Below are positions 20,514 to 31,290 of a stretch of DNA of 64,000 bases, piece after piece; positions within the stretch are counted from its first letter, which is position 1, and every line of letters begins with the position of its first letter. The notes beneath the pieces were generated by a model that did no database searches, was not told where the DNA came from, and saw only the letters and a list, made by a program, of their open reading frames with translations. The position numbers were made by a program, and so were the translations under genes. Origin of the DNA: Bacteriovoracaceae bacterium (GTDB lineage Bacteria; Bdellovibrionota; Bacteriovoracia; Bacteriovoracales; Bacteriovoracaceae); the NCBI GenBank assembly GCA_048270185.1, contig JBLWTJ010000001.1, positions 64,001 to 128,000 of the forward strand, read 5' to 3'.

Positions 20514-21791
20514 ATGGCAAAGAACACAAAAGAATTTGTTGATTTAATTGATATGAACCTATTTGAAGGGTTTTTAGCTGAAAATAAGCTAAAATCACCA
20601 ACTGATGTGCAAACTGAAGCAATTCCTGTCATCTTAGAAGGTAGTAACGTTCAGGTTCAGGCACAAACAGGGAGTGGGAAGACTCTAAGTTATCTTCTGC
20701 CACTCTTTCAAAAGTTAAAAGAGACTGAAGCTGACTTTAGCAACCAGAAGCCAGGTAGCCCAAGGGCCCTAATTCTTCTTCCAATTAAAGAACTTGCGAT
20801 TCAAGTAGGTGAAGAGTGTAAGAAGATCTCTCACCACGTAAAACTACGATCACGTGTTGCTCTAGGTGGTGAAAAAGGCAAGAAGGTAAGTTCACTTAAA
20901 ACTCAAAAATTTGATATTTTAATCGGAGGCCCTGGTCGTATTAAATCAATGATTGATAAGAAAGAAATCAAACTAGATGCTCTTGAATTTTTAATTATTG
21001 ATGAAGCTGACCAATTACTTGATATGGGATTTATGCGCGAGCTTAAATCAATTCGCCGAAGCCTGACAAGTCAATACCAAGCAGCTCTAGTCTCTGCAAC
21101 AATGGCCGAAGATTTCAACATGCTAAAAGCAGAATTCTTCTCTGGTATGGAGTTTAAATCGGTGAGCTTAATTGGTTCACACGGACTTTCTCAAACAATT
21201 GAAACTTTCAATATCGCCCTTGATTATACTGAAAAGAATGCAATGCTTAATGTCTTTATGAAGAAGGAAGCAAAGGGTAACGGTATAATCTTTGTTAACC
21301 AAAAAGAGAAAGCAGTCGAAGTTTATAACTATATGAAGCAAGAAAAGCTTGCTCGCAATCTCTACCTTTCTCATGGTGATATTTCTGCAAAAGAGCGTAG
21401 TGAGAATTTTAAAAACTTTAAGGCAACTGGTGGCGTTCTTATTACAACTGATATGGCCGCTCGAGGTATTGATATCAAAAGCCTTGTGTGGATTTTAAAT
21501 TATGACCTTCCATTTGAAGCTGTATACTATATCCACCGTTCGGGTCGTGTGGGACGAGCTGGAAGAAGTGGTAGTGTATATAATTTCGTAACAAAGAAAG
21601 ATCAGAAACTAATTGTTCAAATTAATGATGCCATTAAAAATCAAGATACTCTAAAGATTGATCCAATCTTTCTTAAAACTTCTGCCGGAAAAGGTAGTAA
21701 GAAGACAACTAAGAAGAAAGCACCTGCTCGTCGTGGAACGATGCCTAAAACTAAAAAGAGCGTAAATAAATCTCGCGGCCATCGCCGTTAA
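20514..21791 (+). CDS. DEAD-box RNA helicase
   Basis: AQTGSGKT, DEAD, SAT, ARGID, HRSGRVGR, basic tail. Confidence 0.95.
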   Translation: MAKNTKEFVDLIDMNLFEGFLAENKLKSPTDVQTEAIPVILEGSNVQVQAQTGSGKTLSYLLPLFQKLKETEADFSNQKPGSPRALILLPIKELAIQVGEECKKISHHVKLRSRVALGGEKGKKVSSLKTQKFDILIGGPGRIKSMIDKKEIKLDALEFLIIDEADQLLDMGFMRELKSIRRSLTSQYQAALVSATMAEDFNMLKAEFFSGMEFKSVSLIGSHGLSQTIETFNIALDYTEKNAMLNVFMKKEAKGNGIIFVNQKEKAVEVYNYMKQEKLARNLYLSHGDISAKERSENFKNFKATGGVLITTDMAARGIDIKSLVWILNYDLPFEAVYYIHRSGRVGRAGRSGSVYNFVTKKDQKLIVQINDAIKNQDTLKIDPIFLKTSAGKGSKKTTKKKAPARRGTMPKTKKSVNKSRGHRR

Positions 21792-21807
21792 ATGATAAAA
21801 TGCTAAT

Positions 21808-22221
21808 ATGATTAATCGTATTAGCATTTTCTTCTTTCTTATTAGTGCACTTACATTCAGTTCTTGCTCTGAAAGTGATATTTATACACCACTTGAAATG
21901 TTTGATATGGCCTATAAATTCGATAATACAATCGAAGAGGTTAGAATTGGAGTTAATGAGAAAGATAGGCATATCGAATGCAGTGATTATCCAAAAGGGT
22001 GTATCGAAGGGTCTCCGAAACGATTTAAGATTCGTCTTGTTGAAATGATTGTCGTGCAATATTTAACGACACAAGAGGCATGTCTTGCGGCCGCTAAACT
22101 TAATCAATGGCATGCTCGTAATTGGCTTTTTGACGATGTGACAAATGAACCAGTCCTAGTAGACTTTGTTAAACAAGTCTATAAGGCCAAGAACCCTAAA
22201 TCAGTAAAAGAATGTGACTAG
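21808..22221 (+). CDS. Hypothetical lipoprotein
   Basis: Lipobox-like TFSSC after a hydrophobic stretch. Confidence 0.7.
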   Translation: MINRISIFFFLISALTFSSCSESDIYTPLEMFDMAYKFDNTIEEVRIGVNEKDRHIECSDYPKGCIEGSPKRFKIRLVEMIVVQYLTTQEACLAAAKLNQWHARNWLFDDVTNEPVLVDFVKQVYKAKNPKSVKECD

Positions 22222-22679
22222 GCCTTAAGCCATTCTTTTAATTCACGAAATATTCTAGTGGTCTCTTTATTAGAAAAGAAAGCGTCACTACTTGTGATAG
22301 TAATACTCTTACCATTATCAAGCTTAACCATTATTGTCTTATTTGCTGCAACTCCTGAGCCCATTGCCTTTAAAAGTTTTACATCTTGGATTTCATCAAG
22401 TCCAAATTGATCAATCTTCTTTCTTAGAATTGAGCGGGTAACAAGCCTGGCCGTGTTTCTGGGTTTATTCAGATCAAGGTGGCGATAATTGAAGAAGAGT
22501 ACAAAAGCTAATGGTGTAAAAAGAAAGATTAGAATATCTTTTGGCGCAATTGAGTGCTCTGTATTTATGTAAGCATATGAGCCGACAGCTATGAATAAAA
22601 CAATAATTAGAAGCATAGTGTGAGGGAAAGACTTTATCGTTATGGACTGAAAGTTTTTTTCAAATTTTAACATGATCAT
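22218..22679 (-). CDS. Hypothetical 2-TM membrane protein
   Basis: Two TM helices followed by a soluble domain. Confidence 0.6.
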   Translation of the reverse strand: MIMLKFEKNFQSITIKSFPHTMLLIIVLFIAVGSYAYINTEHSIAPKDILIFLFTPLAFVLFFNYRHLDLNKPRNTARLVTRSILRKKIDQFGLDEIQDVKLLKAMGSGVAANKTIMVKLDNGKSITITSSDAFFSNKETTRIFRELKEWLKA

Positions 22680-22688
22680 TTCCTATCG

Positions 22689-23093
22689 TTATTTTTGAAA
22701 GAAGTAGCGATCAAATCCATTTTGAAAAGTGTCAATTTTTTTCTCCCAAGCAATGATAAAGTCTTTATCAAGATTTTGATTTTCTTTCAATACTTGTTTA
22801 AATAGCATTACCCAACGCCCTAATTCACCCTTTCTGATATTTAAGTACTCATGGGCAGAAAGTAGATTTGCGACACTTTTAGGAAATTTGATACCTAGTA
22901 ATTGTGCCTGCCAAAAAGCATTGATACTAATTAAATGTTGCTTAAAATCTTCGATATTAGAAACTGGACCAGTATGACCGGTTATTTTTCTGAAATGATA
23001 TCCGATGAAAACATCATTAATGGCCAGGGTATAGAAATCCCTAGTTATCTTCTCAATTATTTCCTTGTATTTCTCAACTTGTGCTTCAGTCAT
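22689..23093 (-). CDS. Truncated hemoglobin (group III-like)
   Basis: FY..AINDVFIGYHF, HL..INAFW, AH proximal His, RWVMLF. Confidence 0.75.
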   Translation of the reverse strand: MTEAQVEKYKEIIEKITRDFYTLAINDVFIGYHFRKITGHTGPVSNIEDFKQHLISINAFWQAQLLGIKFPKSVANLLSAHEYLNIRKGELGRWVMLFKQVLKENQNLDKDFIIAWEKKIDTFQNGFDRYFFQK

Positions 23094-23109
23094 GGATATA
23101 ATTCTACAC

Positions 23110-23136
23110 TAAATTTTACTCATTAAATACCGATGA
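23110..23136 (+). promoter_or_regulatory. Sigma-28-like promoter
   Basis: TAAA-N15-ACCGATGA, 6 nt before ATG 23143. Confidence 0.55.
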
Positions 23137-23142
23137 ATTAGC

Positions 23143-23805
23143 ATGAGAAATTTATTAGGATTGTTGTTTATCGCATTAACTCAGTCATTTGCCTTTGGTG
23201 GACCTTTAACATCAATTGGTAATGATACTTGTTGGTACCGCGAAGGTGAGATGAAGACAAAGATCACATCATTTAATGATAATGTGGCACTCAATACAAC
23301 AAAAGATGAAGTTCTAGGTGAATTAGTTCAATATTTAAATAAGAGTAAATATACTCCGGAAAGAATCGATGCCATTCATACTTATGGCCTTTGTGGGCCT
23401 CGCCTAGCATTTGCTTTTCGAATTAATTACGACAAAATCGACTACTGTGTACGCGCTCAAATGACGGCAGATAAGAAATTCTCCTTTAGTGAAGTGGGGC
23501 TCTCTAATGGCCTTGGTGGTGCATGCGAGTTAATTAATTCTTCTAAGCTTATAGTCATTGCAAAACAAACTGATATGGCCCAATTAAAAGATTATTTAAA
23601 GAGTCGTGGACGAAACCTGGCCAAACTTGAGACGATCTCTCAAACCACTTTTATTTTTGAATTTAAAACTATTGGTGATGAGATTAAAGAAATTAAGAAA
23701 GAGATAGAGGAGTCAAAGCTTGCGCGCTCTGTGGATTTCTCGACTGGCCAATATCATATTGCAGATGAATTCGAACTTTTAAGTCTTAGTTATTTTAGAA
23801 AGTAA
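23143..23805 (+). CDS. Secreted hypothetical protein
   Basis: Signal peptide (AFG), four Cys. Confidence 0.7.
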   Translation: MRNLLGLLFIALTQSFAFGGPLTSIGNDTCWYREGEMKTKITSFNDNVALNTTKDEVLGELVQYLNKSKYTPERIDAIHTYGLCGPRLAFAFRINYDKIDYCVRAQMTADKKFSFSEVGLSNGLGGACELINSSKLIVIAKQTDMAQLKDYLKSRGRNLAKLETISQTTFIFEFKTIGDEIKEIKKEIEESKLARSVDFSTGQYHIADEFELLSLSYFRK

Positions 23806-23874
23806 TTCCGAATTGTCCCATCTTGGGACTCTCTGGGTTGAATTGTATCAACTGCTCCTGCAGTTGCCGCAAAC

Positions 23875-23906
23875 AAAAAAAGCCGCTTTAAGAAGCGGCT
23901 TTTTTA
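23875..23906. terminator. Bidirectional terminator
   Basis: A7-GCCGCTT-TAAG-AAGCGGC-T run. Confidence 0.88.
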
Positions 23907-23907
23907 A

Positions 23908-24339
23908 TTATCTTTTTCCGATTTCAGCAATTGTTTTACCAAGAGATTTAGAACGTTTTAAATAAACATTTGTCTTCTCTTCGTGCTCAGCTTCTTCTTT
24001 ACATGCAATACAAAGTTCAGCTGTATTTCTTGCGATTAAGCGCTCGAATCCAATTTCGATATCACATTCATCACAAAGGCCATAATCACCTTTTTCAATT
24101 TTTTGAAGTGCTTTGTTAATTTTCTTAACTAGGAAGTTCTCACGGTTTCTAAAACGAATTTCCTGAGAAGTTTGCACATTAGCAACAGCTTCATCTAGTG
24201 GATCAAGAAGTTCATTCTTGTCCATACAATACTGTTCTTTTTCACTATTCTTGTTGAGGATTCTTTCTTTCTCAGCAAGTAGAGCATCTTTTAAAGTTGC
24301 GATCTGCTTGTCTGAAAGGTATGAGTTTGCTCTTTTCAT
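23908..24339 (-). CDS. dksA: DksA/TraR C4 zinc-finger protein
   Basis: DPLDEA coiled-coil tip (DxxDxA), YGLCDEC...CIACK. Confidence 0.85.
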   Translation of the reverse strand: MKRANSYLSDKQIATLKDALLAEKERILNKNSEKEQYCMDKNELLDPLDEAVANVQTSQEIRFRNRENFLVKKINKALQKIEKGDYGLCDECDIEIGFERLIARNTAELCIACKEEAEHEEKTNVYLKRSKSLGKTIAEIGKR

Positions 24340-24539
24340 TTCGACTCCCTTGTGTCGCGTTTCTTCCAGTGAAACAAGTTGTTTGTAACTCGAATTGCTC
24401 CCTTAAGCAATTATATTACGCACAACAAATATTGTGTTCGTGTGTTGTAGAAAGAATTTACTGGTCTTTAAAGTGTTAGTAAAAGGTAATTTTCTTACAA
24501 AGGATTACTTCAGAACGTAATATCAGTGAGTTATAGTCG

Positions 24540-24890
24540 TTATTTTGGAAACGATGCTTCACAATGGGGGCAAAACTTCCAAAATTGCTTGTCCACGCTA
24601 CTTTGACAGCCTGAACAAGTGATTGACTGGCTTAATTCTTCGAAAGCTTCATCATACATATTGGCAAATAAGTCTGCACGCATGGCCGCAATTGTTACTG
24701 GATGGGCACGAAAGGTTCCAGGGATGGTTTTATTTGGGATAAATTTAGCTGGTGTGACACTCTTATCTGGAAAAATTTGAACTTGTACTTCTTGAGAGGC
24801 GCTAGAAGTCTGATACATTGCTCGACCTGCAATATTTCTCTCATTCTTAAGTAATTCTAAATTTTCATTGGCATCAAAATTTCTCTTCAT
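24540..24890 (-). CDS. Zinc-ribbon protein
   Basis: C-terminal CSGC...FCPHC. Confidence 0.7.
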   Translation of the reverse strand: MKRNFDANENLELLKNERNIAGRAMYQTSSASQEVQVQIFPDKSVTPAKFIPNKTIPGTFRAHPVTIAAMRADLFANMYDEAFEELSQSITCSGCQSSVDKQFWKFCPHCEASFPK

Positions 24891-24908
24891 ACCGTTAATT
24901 ATAGCAAA

Positions 24909-25439
24909 TTATTGCCAGCGACGTTCAAGAAGTTCAATAATTTCCACACATGCCTTCTTATGGTTATTAAAGCGCGCAAAGAAGCCTGGCTTGGCCTTTT
25001 GAAGATCACCCTTAAAGTAAATGGCCTGTGAGCCAAGAGATTCAATAAGTCTTAATGTCCACTCAAAGACTTCCGGATTTTCGTGTCCTATAAGTCCTTG
25101 GAGAGTTTCTAAGAAGTCAAATGGTAGTCTTTCTGAACGTTTATGGTGTTCATCAATAATTTGCTTTCGAGCAACACCTAACGTGAGTACAAGAACTTCT
25201 GTATTATGGCATTGATTAAGACAGTAAACGATTTCTGGGTAAATGATCTTATCAAGTGTGATTGTATTATCAAGTAAGCACAGTAGAGGAATGAGCTCTT
25301 GCCATTTTCCTTCTTCATTAATTGATGCAAAATGCTTTTTAAAATCTTGAAAGTCTTCCTTTGTATAAGTGCGATTAGGCCTCTTTCCAGCTTGAAGATC
25401 CTTAATGACGGCCTGAAAATGTTCATTTATATCAATCAT
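24909..25439 (-). CDS. Hypothetical helical protein
   Basis: 176-aa ORF filling the intergenic space, HEAT-like helices. Confidence 0.65.
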   Translation of the reverse strand: MIDINEHFQAVIKDLQAGKRPNRTYTKEDFQDFKKHFASINEEGKWQELIPLLCLLDNTITLDKIIYPEIVYCLNQCHNTEVLVLTLGVARKQIIDEHHKRSERLPFDFLETLQGLIGHENPEVFEWTLRLIESLGSQAIYFKGDLQKAKPGFFARFNNHKKACVEIIELLERRWQ

Positions 25440-25564
25440 ATCTATTTCCCATAGGTGAATTGGACGATTTTATGTGTAGCATTTACTCGATTTTATCATA
25501 AATATATGCCATTTTAAGGGCCTATGCTATATAAATACCTTTAAACACTGGTATATGAGAAACT

Positions 25565-26269
25565 ATGGAATTTTTAATCAATGACATTTACCGAGCAACA
25601 GAAGGAGAGGGAGTCTTTGTAGGACGCTCACAGGTCTTTGTACGCTTTCAAGGTTGTGCCATCGGTTGTCTCAATTGTGATTCCATGGATACTTGGGCCT
25701 TTGATGAGATCGCTCCAACGACTTTAGAAGATATATTTGAGAGGATTCTTGATCAAACATACCAGGGCAAGATTAATTGGATTTCTATTACAGGTGGAGA
25801 TCCTCTCCATCCAAAGCATGTTCCTAGCGTAACTGAGCTTACTAAATTCTTAAAGGCAAAGGGCTTTAAAGTTAATCTTGAAGCGGCCGGAACACGCGTT
25901 GTCGATGAGGTTTTCGAGCACCTTGATTATATCTCTTATGATCTTAAAACACCTTCGACTGGAGTTAGAACGAGACTATCTTTGATCGAAAAAATGGCCA
26001 ATAATTACGCTGATAAATTTCAAGTGAAGGCCGTCATCGCAGATCGCAAAGATTTTGATTATACTCTAAGTGCATATAATGAGTTAAAGCAAGTTCTAGG
26101 GGAGATTGAGTTCCCGTGGGTTTTAACTCCATGTTTTGAACCAAGCGAAGAATTTCCAATGCAAAGATTTATTGATATTCAGGAGTGGAATCAATTAGAA
26201 GGTGGGCCTTTTAGAGTAATTGGCCAGCAACATAAGTGGATCTTTGGAGCAGATAAGAAGTCAGTTTAG
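25565..26269 (+). CDS. queE: 7-carboxy-7-deazaguanine synthase (radical SAM)
   Basis: EGEG..VGR..VFVRFQGCAIGCLNCD (CxxxCxxC), TGGDP, QQHKWI. Confidence 0.85.
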   Translation: MEFLINDIYRATEGEGVFVGRSQVFVRFQGCAIGCLNCDSMDTWAFDEIAPTTLEDIFERILDQTYQGKINWISITGGDPLHPKHVPSVTELTKFLKAKGFKVNLEAAGTRVVDEVFEHLDYISYDLKTPSTGVRTRLSLIEKMANNYADKFQVKAVIADRKDFDYTLSAYNELKQVLGEIEFPWVLTPCFEPSEEFPMQRFIDIQEWNQLEGGPFRVIGQQHKWIFGADKKSV

Positions 26270-26655
26270 GCCGCGCGTTTGGTTACAGATAAAGCCTCCC
26301 TTTGCTTGGCCTCAAGCATATCAATTCCATATCTTTTAATCGTATCAAGCTTTGTGATTGTATAATCACTTGATTGCGCTTTTGTTTGATCTTCTGGAGA
26401 AAATTCATCACAAATGACAACAAGCTTTGTTCCTTGCGGGAGCTTCTTAAGTGCTATTTTGATAATACCCTGAACTTTACTTAGTGAGTTAGTGCAATAG
26501 ACAACATACTTCTTATCATCTTTTGCAACGCTAAAGTGCCATAGATTAGCTTTATTCTTAGATTCTTCCACGTGGTATTCATATGATTTAAAAACCATCG
26601 TACACTGAGTAATGAAACCCTTAATAATCTTTTTAGAATTTGCTATCTTTGCCAT
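26266..26655 (-). CDS. Hypothetical protein, possibly a degenerate Mrr-like PD-(D/E)xK fold
   Basis: Pattern YHVE...FSVAKDDKKYVVYC...LVVICDEFS resembles Mrr_cat without its catalytic residues. Confidence 0.55.
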   Translation of the reverse strand: MAKIANSKKIIKGFITQCTMVFKSYEYHVEESKNKANLWHFSVAKDDKKYVVYCTNSLSKVQGIIKIALKKLPQGTKLVVICDEFSPEDQTKAQSSDYTITKLDTIKRYGIDMLEAKQREALSVTKRAA

Positions 26656-26682
26656 TAGATCTCCAACTTTTTACATCTTACC

Positions 26683-26709
26683 ATATCGGAATTTAGAGAA
26701 ATTCTTTTA
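26683..26709 (-). promoter_or_regulatory. Sigma-28-like promoter
   Basis: TAAA-N15-TCCGATAT on minus strand. Confidence 0.6.
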
Positions 26710-26747
26710 GAGATTTTCTAAAAAAAATTTATACAATTTTTAGTGAG

Positions 26748-27848
26748 TTACTGGCTAAGTAGCTTGGTTTGGCCACGGCCATTGATTCCTTGAGAAATCT
26801 TAAAATTCTTGCCAGCAGACGCACCTAATTTCCAAGCGTTAGGATCAAAACTTGTGGCAGAGCTGCTTTGAGCGCTTGTGCGAGGATAGACGCGATTCTT
26901 GTGAAGACGAGATAAAGTGTTTAGGTGAACCAGCTCTTTTGATGAAATTCCTTGGGCCTTTGTTGATTTTAATTCGTTTAAATAGGATTTTGTAAAGCTC
27001 TTATAGAAAGAGTGTTTTGCTCTAACGCCCTTTAAATTGGCATTTTTCTTTGCCACTAACCACTGTCTCTCCATTGCATGCATGGTGAAGTCATAAATAT
27101 AGTGAGCAGATTCTACGTTCTCTTTACTGCCAATTACCTCAAGATAGCCCCCGCCACGGCCAGAGCTAAAAACTGGAGCCACTGAGAACTCTTTGATTAT
27201 TTCGTAGAGACAGTCGTGAATGAGAGATCTTCTTTTGTAGCTAGCGACACGCTTAACATATGTATCTTCTAGGTTTGAATAATCAATATCACCACGCTCA
27301 ATAGTTTTAGTGCGAATACTTTGTAGGTTGTGTTTCTTAATGAGATCGTTTGCCTTCTTAGTTGCAACACGGGCCTCGTTCTCATTGTCTGATTTCGCGA
27401 GCTCAAGAAGTTTCTTAATCTTGGCCGTGATGCCATCATTGGCCTTTACAAATTTTTCAAGATTAATTTGAGACTTTGAAAAAGTCTGATCCCATCCATA
27501 ACGATTAAAAATACTTCTAAATTCTACTCCGTGGGCCTGCTCATTAACTCCACATTCGATATGAACTAAGAAGTGAGCGATCTCATGCTTTAGAACATTT
27601 TCTAAGAGTTCGTCGTTGGTATCGATGACACTCATGAAATACTTATTAATACCAATCTGATAAATAAGTGGATCATAGAAGCCTAGAACGCTATCTGATT
27701 CATTAACAACGAATGAGAGAGGGTATGAGTATGCTCCTCGGTAGAGTCGTTGACGTTTAAAATCAAGGCCAATACCTGCAAAGATATCTTGGGCCTTAAG
27801 ACGAACTTTTCTTAGAAATAATTGGGTATTGTCGTTATATATAAACAT
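26748..27848 (-). CDS. SprT-like metalloprotease / DUF2786 protein
   Basis: HEIAH...HGVEF; KIKKLLELAKSDNENEA (DUF2786 pattern). Confidence 0.8.
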   Translation of the reverse strand: MFIYNDNTQLFLRKVRLKAQDIFAGIGLDFKRQRLYRGAYSYPLSFVVNESDSVLGFYDPLIYQIGINKYFMSVIDTNDELLENVLKHEIAHFLVHIECGVNEQAHGVEFRSIFNRYGWDQTFSKSQINLEKFVKANDGITAKIKKLLELAKSDNENEARVATKKANDLIKKHNLQSIRTKTIERGDIDYSNLEDTYVKRVASYKRRSLIHDCLYEIIKEFSVAPVFSSGRGGGYLEVIGSKENVESAHYIYDFTMHAMERQWLVAKKNANLKGVRAKHSFYKSFTKSYLNELKSTKAQGISSKELVHLNTLSRLHKNRVYPRTSAQSSSATSFDPNAWKLGASAGKNFKISQGINGRGQTKLLSQ

Positions 27849-27855
27849 TTTAAAA

Positions 27856-28440
27856 TTAATATTTTACACTACATCCGTAGGGCCTTGTCTTAGCGACAGA
27901 AATTTGTTTCTTGGCCTTTACTTCATCAATGGCCTTCTTCACATAATTAGTTGCATTTTTTATATCATCTTTATCTGCTGAAGAGATGCTATCAATGGCA
28001 CCCATATAAGTAATTCGGCCTTCTTCATTGATGATAAAGATCTCTGGCGTCGTCTTTGCGTTATAGGCACGTCCAGTATTTCCTAGAGTATCTAGTAGGA
28101 GGTGGTCAGCATTTGATTTTTCAACATGTAGACGATTAAGGGCAGCAGCACTATCTTTCAGATAACCTTGCTTTCCAATATTTGATGAGTTTATTGTCAA
28201 CCACTTGTAGCCATTCTTTATGGCATATCGCTGAGTTTGTTGCATATTCTTTGAGTCATAGTGTTTGCGAACAAATGGGCAACCTTCGTTATACCATTCA
28301 AGAATAACCTTCTTGCCTTTAAAAGATGAAAGACGAATATCTTTTCCTTCTTGATTCTTTAGAGAGAAGTCTGGTGCGTGGTCTCCTGGTGAGATGGCGA
28401 AAGTAAGCGTTGAAATAAGTAGTGATAGTAATAACTTCAT
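27856..28440 (-). CDS. Secreted AhpC/TSA redoxin-family protein
   Basis: APDFSL, EWYNEGCPFVRKHY, AKTTPE, PYGCSVKY. Confidence 0.88.
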   Translation of the reverse strand: MKLLLSLLISTLTFAISPGDHAPDFSLKNQEGKDIRLSSFKGKKVILEWYNEGCPFVRKHYDSKNMQQTQRYAIKNGYKWLTINSSNIGKQGYLKDSAAALNRLHVEKSNADHLLLDTLGNTGRAYNAKTTPEIFIINEEGRITYMGAIDSISSADKDDIKNATNYVKKAIDEVKAKKQISVAKTRPYGCSVKY

Positions 28441-28495
28441 AATTGCTCCGTGCTTGTTATGTCCTTATTTTATGGTCTTGGGCGTGGGGGGGCAA

Positions 28496-28530
28496 TAAAA
28501 AAAGGCCTCTTAATTAAATAAGAGGCCTTT
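28496..28530 (-). terminator. Terminator of the sdh operon
   Basis: AAAGGCCTCTTA...TAAGAGGCCTTT with adjacent A run. Confidence 0.8.
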
Positions 28531-28560
28531 ACTTAGATATATTTAGTTTGTTACTTAAAC

Positions 28561-29340
28561 TTATACCTTAGGAGTCGTCTTCGATAGAACGGCAGCTTTT
28601 AAAAGCTCAGTGTTCATACGAGCGATATTTGTAATTTGAATTCCTTTCGGACATGAAGCTTCACATTCAGCTTCATTCGTACAGTTACCAAATCCAAGCT
28701 CATCCATTTTCTTAACCATGTTTTGAACACGTTGAGGAGCTTCTGCTTTTCCTTGTGGAAGAAGTGCCATCTGAGAAACTTTTGCAGATACGAAAAGCAT
28801 TGCAGAAGCATTCTTACAAGAAGCGACACATGCACCACAACCGATACAAGAAGCTGCATCCATTGCAAGGTCAGCATCTTCCTTTGGAATAAGGATTGAG
28901 TTTGCATCTTGAGCGTTACCTGTATTTACTGAAACAAATCCACCAGCTGCAATGATTTGATCAAATGCACTACGATCAACCATTAGATCTTTTTCAACTG
29001 GGAATGCTCTTGCTCTAAATGGCTCGATAACAATAGTATCACCGTCTGAGAATTTTCTCATGTGAAGCTGACAAGTTGTTGTCTCTGCCTCTGGCCCGTG
29101 AGCTTGTCCATTAATCATCAGAGAACACATCCCACAAATACCTTCACGACAGTCGTGGTCAAATGCTACTGGCTCAATTCCTTGTGGAATAAGTTCTTCA
29201 TTTAATTGATCGAGCATCTCTAAGAAAGAAGCATCTGGAGAAACACCATCAAGAGTGTAGTCGGCCATTTGGCCCTTGTCTTCACGATTCTTTTGACGCC
29301 AGATTTTTAAGTTTAGTTTCATATTATTATTGCTACTCAT
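28561..29340 (-). CDS. sdhB: Succinate dehydrogenase/fumarate reductase Fe-S subunit
   Basis: [31 protein letters not shown]. Confidence 0.95.
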   Translation of the reverse strand: MSSNNNMKLNLKIWRQKNREDKGQMADYTLDGVSPDASFLEMLDQLNEELIPQGIEPVAFDHDCREGICGMCSLMINGQAHGPEAETTTCQLHMRKFSDGDTIVIEPFRARAFPVEKDLMVDRSAFDQIIAAGGFVSVNTGNAQDANSILIPKEDADLAMDAASCIGCGACVASCKNASAMLFVSAKVSQMALLPQGKAEAPQRVQNMVKKMDELGFGNCTNEAECEASCPKGIQITNIARMNTELLKAAVLSKTTPKV

Positions 29341-29352
29341 ATCTTAATCCTC

Positions 29353-31290
29353 TTATTTGTAACTTCTTTGAGTTAGTGGAACGTTAGGGAAGTCTAATTC
29401 TTCCACGTTTCTAATTGGATCACTGTTCGCTCCTGTGTATTCCCAAACAGCTGCGTGACAATATTCATTGTCATTACGAAGTGCCTCACTCTCATCAGTT
29501 TGTGACTCTTCTCTAAAGTGACCACCACATGACTCTGGTCTTTCAAGAGCGTCGCGTGCCATTAGCTCACCAAGCTCAAGGAAGTCTGCAAGACGGTTTG
29601 CTTTTTCAAGCTCGATATTAATCCCATCAGCAGTTCCTGTAACTTTAACGTCTTTCCAGAATACTTCACGAAGTTTCTTAATTTTTTCAATCCCTTCTTT
29701 TAGACCTTTCTCATTACGTGCCATACCAACATGGTTCCACATAATTTGACCAAGTTCCTTGTGGATCGATTCAACTGATCTTGTACCGTTGATCGCAAGA
29801 AGTTTTGAGAACCTTTCTTTTGAATCTTTTAGGGCCTTATCAAATTCAGGGTGATCTGTTCCAACTTTATTACCCATTAGTTTTTCACTTGCTAGGTAGT
29901 TTGGAACTGTAAATGGAGCAACAAAGTAACCATCTGCTAGACCTTGCATAAGGGCCGAAGCACCTAGACGGTTAGCACCGTGGTCTGAGAAGTTAGCTTC
30001 ACCAAGAGCAAAAAGCCCAGGGATTGTTGTCATTAGGTTATAGTCAACCCAGATTCCACCCATTGTATAGTGAACCGCTGGATAGATTCTCATTGGTACT
30101 TTATATGGGTTTTCATCTGTAATTCTTTCGTACATATCAAATAGGTTACCGTAACGCTCTCTAATTGCGTCCTCTCCGTCGCGCTCAATAGCTGCTTGGA
30201 AGTCTAGGTAAACAGCTTCTTCTCCGGCACGTACTGACTTACCTTGATCGATTTGCTCTTTTGCGTTTCTTGAAGCAACGTCACGCGGAACAAGGTTACC
30301 AAATGAAGGATACTTTCTTTCTAGGTAGTAATCTCTTTCTTCTTCTGGAATCTCAGATGCTTTTCTGTGATCTCCTGGAGTCTTTGGAACCCAAACACGT
30401 CCGTCATTTCTAAGTGACTCAGACATTAGAGTAAGTTTCGATTGGTTCTCACCATGCCTTGGAATACAAGTTGGGTGAATTTGCGTATAGCAAGGGTTAG
30501 CAAACATAGCACCTTTCTTATAGGCTTTCCATGCTGCTGAACCGTTTGAAGTCATAGCATTTGTTGATAGGTAGTAAACATTTCCGTACCCACCTGTACA
30601 CATTAGAACTGCATCAGCTGCGTATTTTTCGAATTCACCAGTGATAACATTTCTTGTGATAATCCCACGTGCACGACCGTCAACCATAACAAGGTCAACC
30701 ATCTCACGACGAGTAAGCATTTCAACTTTTCCACGTCCTACTTCTTTCATTAGAGAAGAGTAGGCACCTAGTAGAAGCTGTTGACCAGTTTGTCCACGAG
30801 CATAGAAAGTACGTGATACCTGAGCTCCACCGAATGAACGGTTAGATAAAGTACCACCGTATTCACGAGCAAAAGGAACACCTTGGGCCGCACATTGGTC
30901 GATGATATTATTTGATACTTCAGCTAGACGGTAAACGTTTGCTTCACGTGCACGGTAGTCTCCACCTTTTACTGTATCGTAGAATAGACGCCAAACCGAG
31001 TCACCATCATTTGGGTAGTTCTTTGCAGCGTTAACACCACCTTGGGCAGCAATTGAGTGAGCACGTCTTGCAGAGTCTTGAAGACAAAAGCATTTAACGT
31101 TATATCCTTGTTCCCCAAGTGTTGCTGCAGCAGATGCACCAGCAAGACCAGAACCAACAACAATAATTTCAAACTTACGTCTGTTGGCAGGGTTAACTAG
31201 TTTCATGTTGAATTTATGTTGAGTCCATAATTTAGTGATATCGTCACTTGTTGGAACTTTTCCATCCATCTTCTTAGTATTCATTGTCAT
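29353..31290 (-). CDS. sdhA: Succinate dehydrogenase/fumarate reductase flavoprotein
   Basis: [40 protein letters not shown]. Confidence 0.96.
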   Translation of the reverse strand: MTMNTKKMDGKVPTSDDITKLWTQHKFNMKLVNPANRRKFEIIVVGSGLAGASAAATLGEQGYNVKCFCLQDSARRAHSIAAQGGVNAAKNYPNDGDSVWRLFYDTVKGGDYRAREANVYRLAEVSNNIIDQCAAQGVPFAREYGGTLSNRSFGGAQVSRTFYARGQTGQQLLLGAYSSLMKEVGRGKVEMLTRREMVDLVMVDGRARGIITRNVITGEFEKYAADAVLMCTGGYGNVYYLSTNAMTSNGSAAWKAYKKGAMFANPCYTQIHPTCIPRHGENQSKLTLMSESLRNDGRVWVPKTPGDHRKASEIPEEERDYYLERKYPSFGNLVPRDVASRNAKEQIDQGKSVRAGEEAVYLDFQAAIERDGEDAIRERYGNLFDMYERITDENPYKVPMRIYPAVHYTMGGIWVDYNLMTTIPGLFALGEANFSDHGANRLGASALMQGLADGYFVAPFTVPNYLASEKLMGNKVGTDHPEFDKALKDSKERFSKLLAINGTRSVESIHKELGQIMWNHVGMARNEKGLKEGIEKIKKLREVFWKDVKVTGTADGINIELEKANRLADFLELGELMARDALERPESCGGHFREESQTDESEALRNDNEYCHAAVWEYTGANSDPIRNVEELDFPNVPLTQRSYK

